Part shown: positions 38,278-52,876 of the stretch, one piece after another
Layout of the letters: every line of letters begins with the position of its first letter
Position numbering within the stretch: the first letter of the stretch is position 1
From: Octopus vulgaris
Lineage: Eukaryota
Direction of reading: 5' to 3'
DNA: 64,000 nt
Assembly (NCBI GenBank): GCA_951406725.2
Contig: OX597825.1
Coordinates: 52,390,001 to 52,454,000, forward strand
Position numbers and translations under genes: made by a program
Notes under the pieces: model-generated
What the model was told of the DNA's origin: nothing
The model's database searches: none
What the model saw: the letters and a program-made list of their open reading frames with translations, nothing else

Positions 38278-39026
38278 TGCATACATGAAAAATTAAGAAT
38301 TTTGTTTCAAGAAGTAACAGTTTGAAAAAACAATAACAAAACTTTGTATTCAGGGACCTAAGTATCTTTTATATGAGTACAAACTTCCTTATTCTCGAGC
38401 TTGTTAGGAAATAAAATACTGGTCTTCAAAGTGTTTCCAAAATATGACATTAGGTGTATTTCCTTGAGATACAGAAGTAAAACAAGAAATATGCTCTTGA
38501 AACAGCCATTTTTATATGCATTGCTTGCCTCTGTATTTTAAAAAATCTAATGCATTTTCTTGATAGCTTTCATATTACATTTCAAGATTTATTCAAACAA
38601 GAAACAATGTGACAAAAAACTGTCTCAGATTATCTGCTGAGAGAAAGGAAACATGAAAATCAGAGTACAATCAATTTAGAGCCTGAGCCTTTCAGTTATA
38701 ACGCATTATCAAATATTTTACACCTAAGAAATCAGTTCTGTAACTTCACTTGTTGGTGAGTCGGCAAAAAAAACTATCCCTCTAGATAACTACCTGTCTA
38801 TTCACCTTCTTACACACACGACTATATTAAATATATACTCAAGGTCTTAGACTTCTGAAGTCCGAGTAAGTTTGAAATACGACAAAAAAAAATCATTAAC
38901 TCAGTTTTATTTACAATGTAAATCTAAGTGAAATATATTGTGCAAATATGAATGTGTATGTTCGAGAATACACCAAATGCAATGAAACTTATTTTATAAA
39001 ATGTTTTTTATTAGTCAAGCTTGTTA

Positions 39027-39069
<43 letters not shown>

Positions 39070-40080
39070 TTTTTATCTGGATGCATGAATGAACATGAAA
39101 TGTCTTGAATTTATTCTTTGACAAACCAATATAAGATTTGGTACCTTGTACCTTGGTACAGTAACCAACAACTTTAAAAAGGGATTAACTTTTGTGCAGA
39201 TAACTGTTTCGAGTAATATAATCATATAAGTTGGAGAAGTAACATTAATATTGATGTTAAAGAGTTTTTGAAGTAAAATCATGAAGAAAACTATCAGAAT
39301 TTTTTCTGCAAGAGTAGTTGACCTTAGCTGGATATCTCTTATAGATTTGCAGAAAGCTTTTTGAAGTAAAATGTTAATAGATCTAACAAAATTTTACTCC
39401 AAGAACAGCTAATTTTGAATGAATTTCTGTTATAGATTTTCATGATATCTATTTATCAAGAAATGGGAAGAAATTAAATTTAGGAAATCTTTGGTAATAT
39501 TTCTTCACATATTTAAACCAAAATTTGGATTGCAACACAAAATATCTCATAGATATTTGGGAACATTCAGATAGTATATTTCATTTTATTTCAAAAGCCA
39601 CATAGGGCTGCATTATAATACTAAGACTTAATGACTATAATGAAGAATAATGATTACTACTATTAGAGTTTAAATTTTGTAAAATATAAGACAGGATTAA
39701 GAGTAAAAATCCATTTCATTCTAAGTATTAGGTCAGACCCCAAAATCAACTGTACAAAGATCATTATCCAGCTGTTATTCATAAGCCAATTTCACTTAAT
39801 TAATTTTGATATTTTAATCTAATCTGTGGCAACTCATATTGTTTCCATAAAGACCTCTTTATAAGATAGGAAATTTTTACTGACAAGATTAAAAATATAC
39901 ATTCCAATAATTTTGCACTATTCAGTTTCATCATATGGCTCCCATGGAAACACAAAATTGCCTTGTTTTTTCTTTTTTTTCTTTTTCTGTAGATTTTCTT
40001 TGTCTGTACCCAGTTCGAAATATCTAATGACAAGAAGGATTTCTTTATAAGCATAATTATCTTGATGTTAGATTCCAAGC
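39070..40080 (-). mobile_element. Decayed Penelope-like element fragment (thumb to GIY-YIG region)
   Basis: Minus fragments LCCNPNFGLNM*RNITKDFLNLI, KIYNRNSFKISCS and TKSYIGLSKNKFK match PLE WFNPP / KIFNRN..K.SYS / YIG motifs; abuts (TA)n at ~39030-39066. Confidence 0.68.
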
Positions 40081-40104
40081 CTTAAGAAAGGGTTTAGTTA
40101 TAGT

Positions 40105-40410
40105 GTGAAGGCATGTGACCTAGTGGTTTGGGTGTTGCACTCACGATTGCAAGACCATGGGTTCGATTCCTGACCAAGTGATGCATTATGTTCTTGAACT
40201 AAAACACTTCATTTCAGGTTGTTCTGTGATCATTCCAATATTTGACGTGTGGCACACTTGTGCACCTGTTCAAGCAATGTTGATTTGATAGTGGGAGTGA
40301 GCTTAATGTACAGCACATACACTTGATCCCTATAAATAAATCATTCGTGCAGGTCCTCTAGCAAACACTGAACATTCATATGTCATCTTTGATGAGAGAG
40401 TCCATCATAG
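40105..40410 (+). mobile_element. tRNA-headed SINE (separate family)
   Basis: gtgacctagtggtttgggtgttgcactcacg...gggttcgattcc A/B boxes, followed by a non-tRNA body. Confidence 0.6.
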
Positions 40411-41535
40411 AAATATAAAAATTCTATATTTTATCTTTTTTTATTTGCTTTATTCATAAAACTGTATTTATGCTGGAGCACACCTTGGAGGGCTTAGGGA
40501 AACAACATGGCTCAAGTACTAATATTTTAAATCTGCTTCTTATTTTATCATTCTCTTTTGCTGAAGTGCAAAGTTACATAGATATGAACAAACCAAACTG
40601 GTTGTCAAGTGGTGGGCTACAAATACACACACACACATACATGCATGCACACACACACACACACCATGTACATGCACGTACACACACACACACACACACA
40701 CGTGCACACACACTAAGCACAGTAAGCCTTTATAAGTTTTCTGTCTATCAAATTCATTCACAAGGCAGTATGAGTCTGTAGTAAACACTTGTCCACAGTG
40801 CTGTGCATTGGAATGGAACCTGAAACCATGTGGTTGCAAAGTGAGCTTCTTAACCACACAGCTATCCCTACACCTATCCTCTAGCAAAATGATTAGATTT
40901 ACAATGTTGTTTGTTTTGTTACATTAGCTATTCTGGATATTATATTTTTTTTTAAATTATAACCATGGATAAATTTACATTATACTTACTCATATTCATA
41001 CTTCAGCTTTTGGGCAGTTGTTTAGCTTTCATTTAGAATTATTCTGAAAGCTGGCTCCAGGAGTGTAAGGGATAAATTTTCTATTGTCTGTATTAAAGGA
41101 ACTTGTGATTTCTAAAGCTTCTTAGTTAATAAAAGTGTGTGTGACACCAAAACTTTTGTAATTGGCATTGGTAATGTTATCAGAGAACAGTCTCTTATAT
41201 GATTTCATCTATGCCATCATATTTGGCCTTGTCTGAGAACACATGAATGTCTTTTGTGAGATAGGTAGAAATAAGGTAAGAATGTTAAATACTTGTTTAA
41301 AATGGATTGAAGCCTAATATGGACATTCTGGATTCTAACCTTTTTACTTGTTTAAGATGCAGATCTGTATAATCAACTTTATCTTGTCTGCTTTATACTT
41401 AATATATTCAATCACTTCCTCTGTTTTCTTATTAGATATTTTCTTTTTCACACATTTTTTAATAATTATCCACAGATAAGAAATGAGAAACTCAGCCTAA
41501 TAATTTGAGAAGTATCTGCTTTCAATTAAATTCAT

Positions 41536-41936
41536 TACTCTTTACTCTTTTACTTGTTTCAGTCATTTGACTGCGGCCATGCTGGAGCACCGCCTTTAAT
41601 GGAGCAACTCAACCCCGGGACTTATTCTTTGTAAGCCCGTATTCTATCGGTCTCTTTTGCTGAACCGCTAAGTAATGGGGACATAAACACACCAGCATCG
41701 GTTGTCAAGCAATGCTAGGGGGACAAACACAGACACACACACACACACACGCATATATATATATACATATACACGACAGGCTTCTTTCAGTTTCCGTCTA
41801 CCAAATTCACTCGCAAGGCATTGGTCGGTCCGAGGCTATAGCAGAAGACACTTGCCCAAGATGCCACGCAGTGGGACTGAACCCAGAACCATGTGGTTGG
41901 TTAGCAAGCTACTTACCACACAGCCACTCCTGTGCC
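41536..41936 (-). mobile_element. tRNA-derived SINE family A with an internal microsatellite
   Basis: Reverse complement of the 60061-60463 copy; tail (tactcttt)n. Confidence 0.9.
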
Positions 41937-42099
41937 TATTATATAATTCTACTTCCAATAATGATTGCATTCAAGTATTTCATCATTATTTAATGTTTGT
42001 GTGACATTCTGGCATGTATTGGATAGTTTGACAGGATCTGATGAGTTAAAGGATCTCATTGTGCTCCACTGTCTGCTTTGGCACACTTTCTATAGCTGA

Positions 42100-42920
42100 A
42101 TGCCTTTCCTATTATTATCATGGCCAGGTTCCAACCTGGGCCACATCAACAAAGTCTATCCATCACAATTCTCAGTCCATCATCACTGCCTCAAAGTCCT
42201 GGATGTATTCCAGGCCAGCGTTTGCAATCAGATTCTTGATGTAAGTGTGGTGATGCTTCCTCTTCTTCTTTCACCATGAAGTAGGTGCCACTAGACTGTT
42301 AGATAGTCACAGCCATCTTTGCCTGATCTGACTGCTAACTTTCAGCAGGTCTCCATAACGGCATTTGTTTGTCATATGTAGCTGCTATTTCACATTTAGA
42401 GCCATTTGCAGCATCCTTGAGTAGCATCCATTTAGCCAATTTCTTTGCCAGTGTCCATGTTTCACTACCATATAACAGCACTGATTCAATAGTTGCAATG
42501 AACAGTTTGATTTTAATTTGTCTGAGCAATTTGGAGATCCAGACTTCCTTTAGTTTGTGACAAGCTGTCCATGTTTGTTCCCTCCTCATCTTGATGTCTT
42601 TTTCTGAACTGCTCACCCAACCACTTCAGTACTGGAAGTCTTCAGCTACATTCAATTTGGTACTGCTCAAAACAAACACTTCAGTATCACTTGATTGGTT
42701 CAAAGTCACATATTCAGTTTCATTGACATTTGTGTACATTCCTATCTTAGCAGCTCATATTTCTACTCTGTTGAGCAGTTGTTGAGCTTGATCTATTTGA
42801 TTAGACATGAGTGCTATCCCATCTGCAAAAGACAGGTTTGTGATGATTACTGCTGGTGTTCTCCACAATCTTTACTGGTTTATTATGAAACCAAGGTCTT
42901 CATCACACCAACCATTTTCA
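42100..42920 (-). mobile_element. RTE-like LINE RT C-terminal fragment
   Basis: SSEKDIKMRREQTWTACHKLKEVW...IKIKLFIATIESVLLYGSETWTL. Confidence 0.8.
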
Positions 42921-44267
42921 GGTTTTCCTAACACCAGTCATTTTCAGTGTGTACTGGGTACTTTTTCTTGCCACTGATACTAGTGTAGTTGCCATGCAGC
43001 TCACAATACTACAAAACCCCAAGTGGTTGGCATGGTAGGATTTATTGGAAAAATGAAGAGGGGAGGTGGACAAGCAAGTTCTTGTGGAGAAGCTACATAG
43101 ATATTCACCTTTAGGAGAGAGAGTGAACATTATCTGTGAGAGCAAGTTTCTCTTCAAGGTACGAGGTGAGTAGAAGTATGTTAGGACAGTGGGACTAGGT
43201 TGGTGGGTGGTGGCTGGCAACAGCTTCAAATATTGGGTGGAACTGAAGGGTGGATGCTGGGAATGTTTGATGACCAATGATGCATAAGTTTGAGATAGTA
43301 GAAGAGTGTAGATGGGAATGGGGAAGAGTGGCAGGGAGGACAAGAGAGAGATGATATATGCTTGGATAGACTATAGGAGCGGGAAAGAGATGCAGGGGGA
43401 AAAGAGACAAAGAGAGAGAGAGAGAGAGACAAACATAACGTATGTTGAGGGGGAAAATTTGGTAGTTCAGTGGTGGAGCATGAATTACTAATACATAGGG
43501 GAAACAATGATTAATGGGAAAATATTGGCTAAAAACTGAGATGTTTTCAATTATTGAGACACAGGATGGTCCCGGTGGTGGAGAGTGTTGCAGAGAGAGA
43601 TGATGATGGGAGGGGGAGATATGTGGAGAAGATTGAACAAAGTACCCATTTGTGCATATACATGTATACAGCGCTTACAGAAATAATTTTGCTGAGATGG
43701 GCATGTCTTTTTGAGAACCTCATAGTGCTGAACATCCCAGTCCTTTATCATCTCATCCATGAAGTTCAATCCCGAGATCATTCCCATGTTTCCCCAGGTC
43801 CCTTCCACAAGCCCTAACTACATTTTGTGATCTGTATGAAGCACAGATATAGTTGTGTGGTTGAGAATTTCACTATAAACTACATTGTTAGCAATTGTCA
43901 GCTATTCCCCTGTACTATTGTCAGCTAGTCCCCTGTCCTATATAGTCACTGATTGACCAGAAACTTATAAAAAATATTCAGTAGATGAAAATTGAAAGAG
44001 CTTACTCTGGATGTGTATGACTGAGTGTACATCCCCTATTTTAGGATGTGTGAGCTGACTGTAAATAAAGTTTTGCGAATGATGTCATTTTTGTGCAGGC
44101 TACTGCAACAGGATTTTTACCATGCTTGGAAATGGATGGCAAGAAGGTCCTTTAGCTATGGAAAATTCTACCTCAACAAAACCTTGTCTTGACCATGCAA
44201 GCATGGGAACCTGATGATAAAATGATGAAGATAGTATAATATACATACATACATATATATAAATGTG

Positions 44268-44300
<33 letters not shown>

Positions 44301-44304
44301 ATAT

Positions 44305-44383
<79 letters not shown>

Positions 44384-46469
44384 CATGTATACACATATAT
44401 AAATGTATATATATATGTTTGTGTGTGTATCAACACCTATAATAACATATACACTTTTCAATAGTGTTTTCTACATTAATCTTTAAAAATGTATATATAT
44501 ATGTATATACATTGATATTTAATTATATTTCAGCATGCATAAATATTTAAGCAGACATCTCTCTCTCCCTTCCACTCCCTCTCTTCCTTCCACTCCTTCT
44601 CTTCCCTCTCTCTCTCCATGTGTGTGTGTGTGTGTGTATTAATAAAGAGCACATATTTCAATATAGTAATTTCTATTTTATAACTGAGCAGAATATATTT
44701 TTGTGTTTTATTGTATTTTATTCTTTTGATTATTAGTTTTGTTTGTAGCCCACTTTCAGTAATATCTCCTCCATATTTTCAGTTATTACCCTACAATCAA
44801 AACTATTAAATTACTGGCAGAAAAATGGGTAAAGAAGACGTATACCTTTTGATCTATCTATCGATATATGTACGTCTGTGCGTGTCTGTGTGCATAAATA
44901 TGTATGTACATGTATAATATATATATATATAATATATATGTATACATACACACTTTATGTTAAGTCATTTCTTTCTTTCATCAATGTACGAAAGAAAATG
45001 AAATGCCAACACCCACACCCGTACTGACTATTCAAGAACAACAACAAAACTTTCTCTAAAAGCTTTTCCATTAGCACCAAACCATTGCTACACAACTATA
45101 ATGATAAATAAGCTGATATTGATGAAAAAAAAAGGAGTAGAAAGAGGATGGGATAGGGGGAGATAATAACATAACTTGCATGAAATATTGTCATAGCTCA
45201 TTGAAAATATTTCATCCATTTTTCAGTTAAAAATAGCCAAAACAGAACAAGATATCTCTCTCCCTCTTTCTCACTCTCTTGTCACTGTTGGATATTTTTT
45301 CTCCAATACTAGTGATTATTATTGTTATTTATTATTATTATTTGTTAATAAAATATAAGACACAGCCAACAATTGATGACAAGTCTTTGTTCTTGCTATT
45401 GTTGTTGTTTTGTTTTATTGCAGACCAAGAGAAAAACTAATGCATTTCATTTAAGAAAAGTAGGGGGGAAAATAGATAGTAGTAGTAAAAATAATAATAA
45501 TGATAATAATAAGCTTTTATATTTTTATTTATTTTCTAAGTTATTGTAAGAAGAGCAAGTAAGTTTTAATGTTGAACATGGGTAGAACTGAGTAGAAACA
45601 ATAGGGAGAAAGTTGAATACACCGATATACACTAAACCTAGCTTTTGGGGAAAAACTATTTCACATTTTTATATATATATAAAACTATATATATGTATAT
45701 ATGTATATATATATATATAAACACACACTGCTTTTGAGTCAAATGTATATTTGCTTGTGTGAGTATGTGTGTTTGTGTGAGAAATATATATTATATTTTA
45801 ACTTGTAGGTGTAATTTAGCAGATATGTCCAGCTTCTCTGCAAAATAAATTGCTTATGTAAAGTATTTTAAACAAAAGTTAGTTGAAATATTTCAAGACA
45901 AGAATGGTGTTAATGATCATCTTACATGCTACCAACTTTCTTGAGAATTCTTTCTTAAATGTATTTCAAACAAAGGCAGCAGATGAAAGAAAAAAAAATG
46001 TAGTATTAGAAGCTATCACTGAATATTGGTTTAATGTATTAATAGGCACCTTTTGGAGAGATAATGGTCTATGTTAGAACATTGCAGTAGGCTATTTAGA
46101 AGAATTGTATCATGGTAGTGTCATATTAATAATTTAAAACACATGCACATTATTATTATTATTATTATTATTATCATTGTTGTTGTTGTTGTTGTTGTTA
46201 TTATTATTATTATTATTAGTATTATTGGCAAATTGGCAAAACTGTTAGCATGCTGGACACAATGCTGTGTGGCATTTCTTCCGGCTTTATGTTCTGAGTT
46301 CAAATTCTGCTGAGGTTGACTTTGCCCTTCATCCTCTATGAGTCAATAAAATAAGTACCAGTGGAGCATTGTGGTCAAGGTAATCGACTAGCCAGGCCCC
46401 ACCAAATTCTAGGCCTTGTGCCTGTAGTAGAAAGCACCATCATCATCATCATCACCACCACCACCATCC

Positions 46470-46470
<1 letters not shown>

Positions 46471-46536
<66 letters not shown>
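46471..46536. repeat. (TAG)n microsatellite
   Basis: Visible directly. Confidence 0.95.
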
Positions 46537-47010
46537 CTTCAGTGCAGGCATTAGTTAAGGTGCAGTTATCACCTTGTACTTGAGAAGTTCTCTCTCCATC
46601 CCACATTTCAGTTTCCCTCCCATTGTGCAACAGCTAGGCCAAGTGATTTCTACTATGACATCAGAAGCCAGCCAGTTGCTTTGTCAATGAATTCAGTAGA
46701 TGGAAACTGAGAAAAAGCCCATCTAAGTATTTGTGTTTTATATTTGAGCTTCACCCCTTCCACTGTTTGATCATATTTCATTTCCCACCCTTAAATCATC
46801 AACTGATTATGTACCTTGGAAAAACTTGTAAGATAGGTGACACCTTACTTGTGTAACAGGAAAAGGTGGCATCAAGGAAGATATCTGGCTGTAAACCAAT
46901 GCTTCAAGAGAACATTCATTTAACATGGCAGAAGCATTAGAGCAGTTAATAAGAACCTAGCAGTATATTTGTTGTAGGCCTTTCTCACTAAAATCCTCTT
47001 TAGTACTTAA

Positions 47011-47637
47011 CCCTTTAGTGTTCAGAGTACACTGTGAAATGTGAAGCTTATTTATTTACAATTTTTAAAAAATCCTGTATTATCTTATATACTCTTTTAT
47101 TCTTTTATTTGTTTCAGTCATTTGACTGCTGCCATGCTAGAACACCGCCTTTATTTGAGCAAATCGACCGCAGGACTTATTCTTTGTATGCCTAGTACTT
47201 ATTCTATTGGTTTCTTTTGTCGAACCGCTAAGTTATGGGGATGTAAACCCACCACCATCGGTTGTCAAGCGATGTTGGGGGAACAAACACAGACACACAA
47301 ACATATACACACACATACATATGTATATACATATATACGACAGGCTTCTTTCAGTTTCTGTCTACCAAATCCACTCACAAGGCTTTGGTCGGCCTGAGGC
47401 TATAGTAGAAGACACTTGCCCAAAATGCCACGCAGTGGGAATGAACCCGAAACAATGTAGTTGGTAAGTAAGATACTTACCACACAGCCACTCCTGCACT
47501 TTAAAGATTTCGAAGATGTGATTATTTATTTCTAGAATGACATTGCAGGGTAGATGTGAAAGTCTGGATCTAGTCAGTTTGAACATAAAACAGGTAAAAT
47601 ATTTGGACCAGATATAGCTGATTTGAATGCTAAAGGG
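47011..47637. mobile_element. piggyBac-type MITE (TTAA flanks) interrupted by a family A SINE (~47090-47499, minus)
   Basis: TTAA|CCCTTTAG ... CTAAAGGG|TTAA; same family as 59702-59926 in opposite orientation. Confidence 0.78.
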
Positions 47638-48989
47638 TTAATGATAACGACCCTAGAGGATGAATGGGAAGTAAATGACTGGACTTGAATAAATAAAATA
47701 ATACCTCCTTTCAAAATTGTTGATCTTATCCTAAATTAGAAATTTAAGACAAGATGCTGCTCCTGCTGCTATCCTTCTGTAAGGTTGGTAGAGTAGTAGA
47801 AATAACAGAGAGCTGTACCTCATGGTGTATACTTGCATTTCTTTTAATTTTAACTTCACAAACATCATCATCATCATCATTGTTTAACATCCGCTTTCCA
47901 TGTTAGCATGGGTTGGACGATGACTGAGGACTGGCGAACCAGATGGCTGCACCAGGCTCCAATCTGATCTGGCAGAGTTTCTATAGCTGGATGCCCTTCC
48001 TAACACCAACCACTCCGAGAGTGTAGTGGGTGCTTTTACGTGCCACTGGCACGAGGGCCAGTCAGGCAGTATTGGCAACAGCCACGCTCAAATGGTGTTT
48101 TTTACGTGCCACCTGCACAGGAGCCAGTCCAGTGGTACTGGCAACAGAACATGTTTTTATAAATTCTGATTTTAAATTATATCAGTACTAACTTTGACAT
48201 TAATCTTCACAGAGTGTTAATAGAAATATCAGCAATATACTGCGGGAAATTAAGGTACTGAGCTGGTAAAATCATTACCACACCAGGCAAGATACATAGT
48301 GGAATTTCATTCTTCTTTACACTCTGAGTCCAAATATCAATACCTTACATCCTTTCAGAGGTTGATAACATAAGTACCAGTAGGACACTGGTGTCATTGT
48401 AATCGATTACCCACTATCCCAAAATTGCTGGCCTTGTGCCAAAATATGAAAGCAATATACTGAAGGAAAATGTAACTATTATATACCATTATAAAAAATG
48501 GAGAGGTAATAATGACTGAAATATCTTTCTTCACTGGAGACATTGTCTTCTACAGTGGCAAATTTATTCAGCTTGGCTATGATCAGACCAACATATAATG
48601 CACACAATGCTTTTTACTGTAGAGTTAAGTATCATGGAGGTATCAGTTATTAATATTCTATCTCATTTAGATCAAACCAATATATGTAATATATATATAA
48701 TTTGCCTAGTTGAAAGTTAGAGAGTCACTTTGGTGTCACTGTATCACAATTCTTTGAATTGCAGTTCACTCATTTTGTTTTTAACTCTCTAGATATCATG
48801 AGATATAATTTATAACTGGAACTGCATTCAGAGATGTATTGTTTATAGAAGACTTCTTTCCGTATTTCTCCATACTTTTCTATTACATTGTAAATACGAA
48901 AACAAGACAGAAATACATAGTGTATCTTTCTGATGAATTTGCCATTATAGAGTAATAATAAGAAAGGACTTCCTAGAATAAGAACTGGC

Positions 48990-49650
48990 TGCTAGAATAA
49001 GAATGGGTTGGACAAAATTAGTAACAAAGTGCCTCTCCCTCAGAGTGGAAGGCAGAGTGTATGATGCCAGTGTATGAACGGCTATGCTGCATGGTGGTGA
49101 AACATGGACTGTTACTACTGAGGACAGAAAAAGGTTTCAAGGAAATGAAGCCAACATATTTTGCTGGATGGGTAATGTGAGTATGCATGAATGAGAGAGT
49201 GTTTGAGATAAAGATTGGGTATATGAAAAATCAGATGTTGTGTGCAAGAGAGACGACTGCGCTGGTAAAGTTACACAATGTGTTTGGATGAGGACAGCTG
49301 CATCAATAAGTGCTGATCTGTAATTGTTGAGGGAGCATGTGGAAGGGACAATCATGTTCTTCATGTCCATCTTTCAGCTGAGAGGTTCTAGTCTTGCAGG
49401 CTTGTGGGTGCTGGTGCCACATAAAAGTACCATGCCAGTTCCATGTAAAAGCACCCATGCTAGTACAACACAACAGCACCTGTGCTGGTGCCATGTAAAA
49501 GCAACTGTGCCAGTGTCATGTGAAGGCACCTGTGCCAGTGTGACATCAAAAATATCCAGCACACTGTGTAAAGTGGTTGATGTTAGGAAGAGTGTCCAGC
49601 CGTAGAAACCAGGTTAAAACAGAAAACTGGAGCTTGACCAGGTCCTATGT
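48990..49650 (+). mobile_element. RTE-type LINE 3' end with repeated tail units
   Basis: RVEGRVYDASV*TAMLHGGETWTV, followed by tandem gtgccatgtaaaagcac units and the gttaggaagagtgtccagccgtagaaac tail. Confidence 0.7.
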
Positions 49651-51574
49651 TTAATTTTGGTTCTTCTGTTTAATATAGAGTTCTAAAAGTCATTGGTAGA
49701 CATGTGTAGCACCATTTTATCTTTATTTGGAACCATCAGCGTGACATAACTCAGGACAGATAAATTAAGTTAAATTCAACATTCCATAAAGAGAAAATAG
49801 TTTATAGTTTTAAAGTGGCATATTTGATCTTCCCCTTTTCCTTTTTTGCATCTTATGTTGTTAACTATTAAGTAGTAGAGAAAAGAGCAAATTTTTCATC
49901 CAGGATAAATTCTTTCAGGGCAAATATGTCTTGTAAAAATATTCTTTATGCAGCTACAATTAATACTTTCTATGAACAAATTCTGTAAGTTGATTGTGGT
50001 AAACTCTTTTCCGGTGCAGATAAGAATTTTCAGCTGCTGTATCATATTGTAGTATCCATCAAGATGAATTAAAATAAACAGTCTTCATGCTCACCTGGCC
50101 ATGGTTTATGCTGGAAGCTTTTGTGGATGTTTGAAAGAGCAACAAGAACATTTTGAGCACATGATGTGTGCTTCTGCTGAATTAACAATTATAGGGAAGA
50201 AAATATCTTCAAGGTTTTCCTAATTAATGCCACCATAGAACGTATTGATAGTGATGGCTTGGCAGCATCATTAGAGTAGCAAACAAAATGCATTTCCAAT
50301 CCTGTTGCTTAATTTCCCAGGTTGATAAAATAATGCATCAGTGAAACAATAGGTTCTAACAACCCCTTCCTTTCAAACTATTGATTTCAAGTTTTGGCAC
50401 AAGGCCAGCCATTTCATGAGAGGGAATAAGTCCATTAACTTGATCTCAGTACTCAACATGTACTTATTTTATTGACCCCAGAAAGATGAAAGGTAAAGTT
50501 GAACTTAGCAGAATTTGAACTCAGACTGTAAGGACAGACGAAATGTCATTAAGTATTTTGTCCGGCATGCTAACAATTCTGCTAGCTTGCTGCCTTTTCC
50601 TTGCAAAATATTAGGTCTTGTAAATATATTAGAAAGAAAATTTTCTGGAGTGACTGTTATCTTCATGGTTACAGAATTTCTATTTAAAAATCTATATCTG
50701 TATCTCCTTTTATTTCATTGTTGATCCTCATCACATGTTTTGTTGTTGAATACAATTTGAACTGAGAACCTTTATCTTTAAACTATGTAGACAAGAATAT
50801 TATTACTCTTACATTAGAAATAAAGATCATGACTTGAATCGATGCTGGCACATATATCTAGGAAAAAAAAACATCAGACGACTCTTGCAGACTGAACTGA
50901 TATGAATATAATATAGATATTGTAAATATGTGCTATAAAATATGGTTAATAGCATGGAAAATTAAAACCTGCCTTTGAACCATGGTGTAGGAGATCTGCA
51001 TAGCACATAACACGATTACACAAACACATACATGCACACACAATATGTGAGTTACATAGATGAAAAGTGAAACACTCTTCAGAATTTAAAATAAAATAAA
51101 ATGAAGCAAAAATGATTTTGCAGACAATTTGTGAGTTTAAGCACAGTAAATAAAATGGTGAAGCATAATGTGTGAAGATGTGTCTGTATCTGTAGTGTGA
51201 TTATATGATGAGGTTTAAATAATAGAAAGCCATTTCTATAATCAGATATTTTGAAGTGATGTACAAATATTATGGAAACGTTTGTGGTATTTTTCGATCG
51301 TTGAATCTTAGTTGCTACCCCTCAGTTCATAGATTTGTGAATAAACATGTTTTTCTGCATCACACACACACAAATACATACTTTTATGAATACAAATTTA
51401 TGTATCAGACCTGAGAGTAAAATTTTGCTGATCTGACACTATATTCACCTGACAGACAATCAGAATAATTAATTACGATGCAAGCCTCCACACTCAGAAT
51501 TCTGTCATGTTATTCTGTTTCTTTATCACTACATCTTTCTCTTACACTCCCATACAAATATATAATAAGTGCAG

Positions 51575-52170
51575 ATATGGCTGTGTGATAAGTAGCTTGC
51601 TTCCCAACCTCATGGTTCCAGGTTCAGTCCCTCAGCATGGCATCTTGTGCAAGTGTCTTCTACTATAGCTTCTTATTTATTTATTGCCCACAAGGGGCTA
51701 AACATAGAGGGGATAAACAAGGACAAAGGGATTACGTCGATTATATCGACCCCAGTGCATAACTGGTACTTAATTTATCGACCCTGAAAGGATGAAAGGC
51801 AAAGTCGACCTCGGCAAAATTTGAACTCAGAACATAACGGCAGACGAAATACCGCGAAGCATTTTGCCCGGCGTGCTAACGTTTCTGCCAGCTTGCTGCC
51901 TTCTACTATAGCTTCTGGCTAATCAACGCCTTGGGAGTGGATTTGGTAGATGGAAACTGAAAGAAGCCCATCATATATATATGTATTTGTGTGTCTGTGT
52001 TTGTCTCTCCACCATCGCTTGACAACAGATGTTCAGGAAAAGAGCCTGATAGAATAAGTACTAAGTTTACAAAAAATAAGTCCTGGGGTTAGTTTGTTCG
52101 ATTTAAGGCGGTGCTCCAGCATGGCCTCAGTCAAGTGATTGAAACAAGTGAAAGAATAAAAGAATTAAAA
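51575..52170 (+). mobile_element. Family A SINE split by a family B SINE (51674-51900, minus) with a 16-bp TSD
   Basis: ttctactatagcttct at 51658-51673 and 51901-51916. Confidence 0.87.
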
Positions 52171-52261
52171 AAATATGTGTGTGTGTATTAATAATAATAA
52201 TATGACAACAAAAGAATGAACGAGATCTTGATATTATGTAAATAGAGGAATTTATCTATAA

Positions 52262-52295
<34 letters not shown>

Positions 52296-52508
52296 CTTTT
52301 ACTTTTTAGTTGCTTTAGTCATTTGACTACGGCCATGCTGGGGTACTGCCTTGAAGGGTTTTATTTGAACAAATTGACCCAAGGAAATTATAATTTTTTC
52401 AAGCCTAGTGCTTATTCCATTGGTCTCTTTTGCCAAACTGCGAAGTTACAGGGAGATAAACACACCACCACCGGTTGTCAAGCAGCAGTGAGGACAAACA
52501 GATATAGA

Positions 52509-52595
<87 letters not shown>

Positions 52596-52611
52596 GGATA
52601 GATAGATAGAC

Positions 52612-52668
<57 letters not shown>

Positions 52669-52860
52669 GATAGACAGATAGATACATTCATATATATATA
52701 TATATATACGATGGGCTTAAGTTTCAATTTACCAAATCCATTCACAAGGCTTTGGTCGGCCTGAGGCTATAGTAGAAAACACTTGCCCAAGATGTCATGC
52801 AGTGGAACTTAACCCAGAACCATGTGGTTGAGAAGCAACCTTCTTAACACACAGCCACCT
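52296..52860 (-). mobile_element. Family A SINE with an expanded internal (CA)/(TA)/(GATA) tract
   Basis: Both SINE halves recognisable around the microsatellite at ~52505-52710. Confidence 0.82.
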
Positions 52861-52876
52861 AATTTGTATATATATA

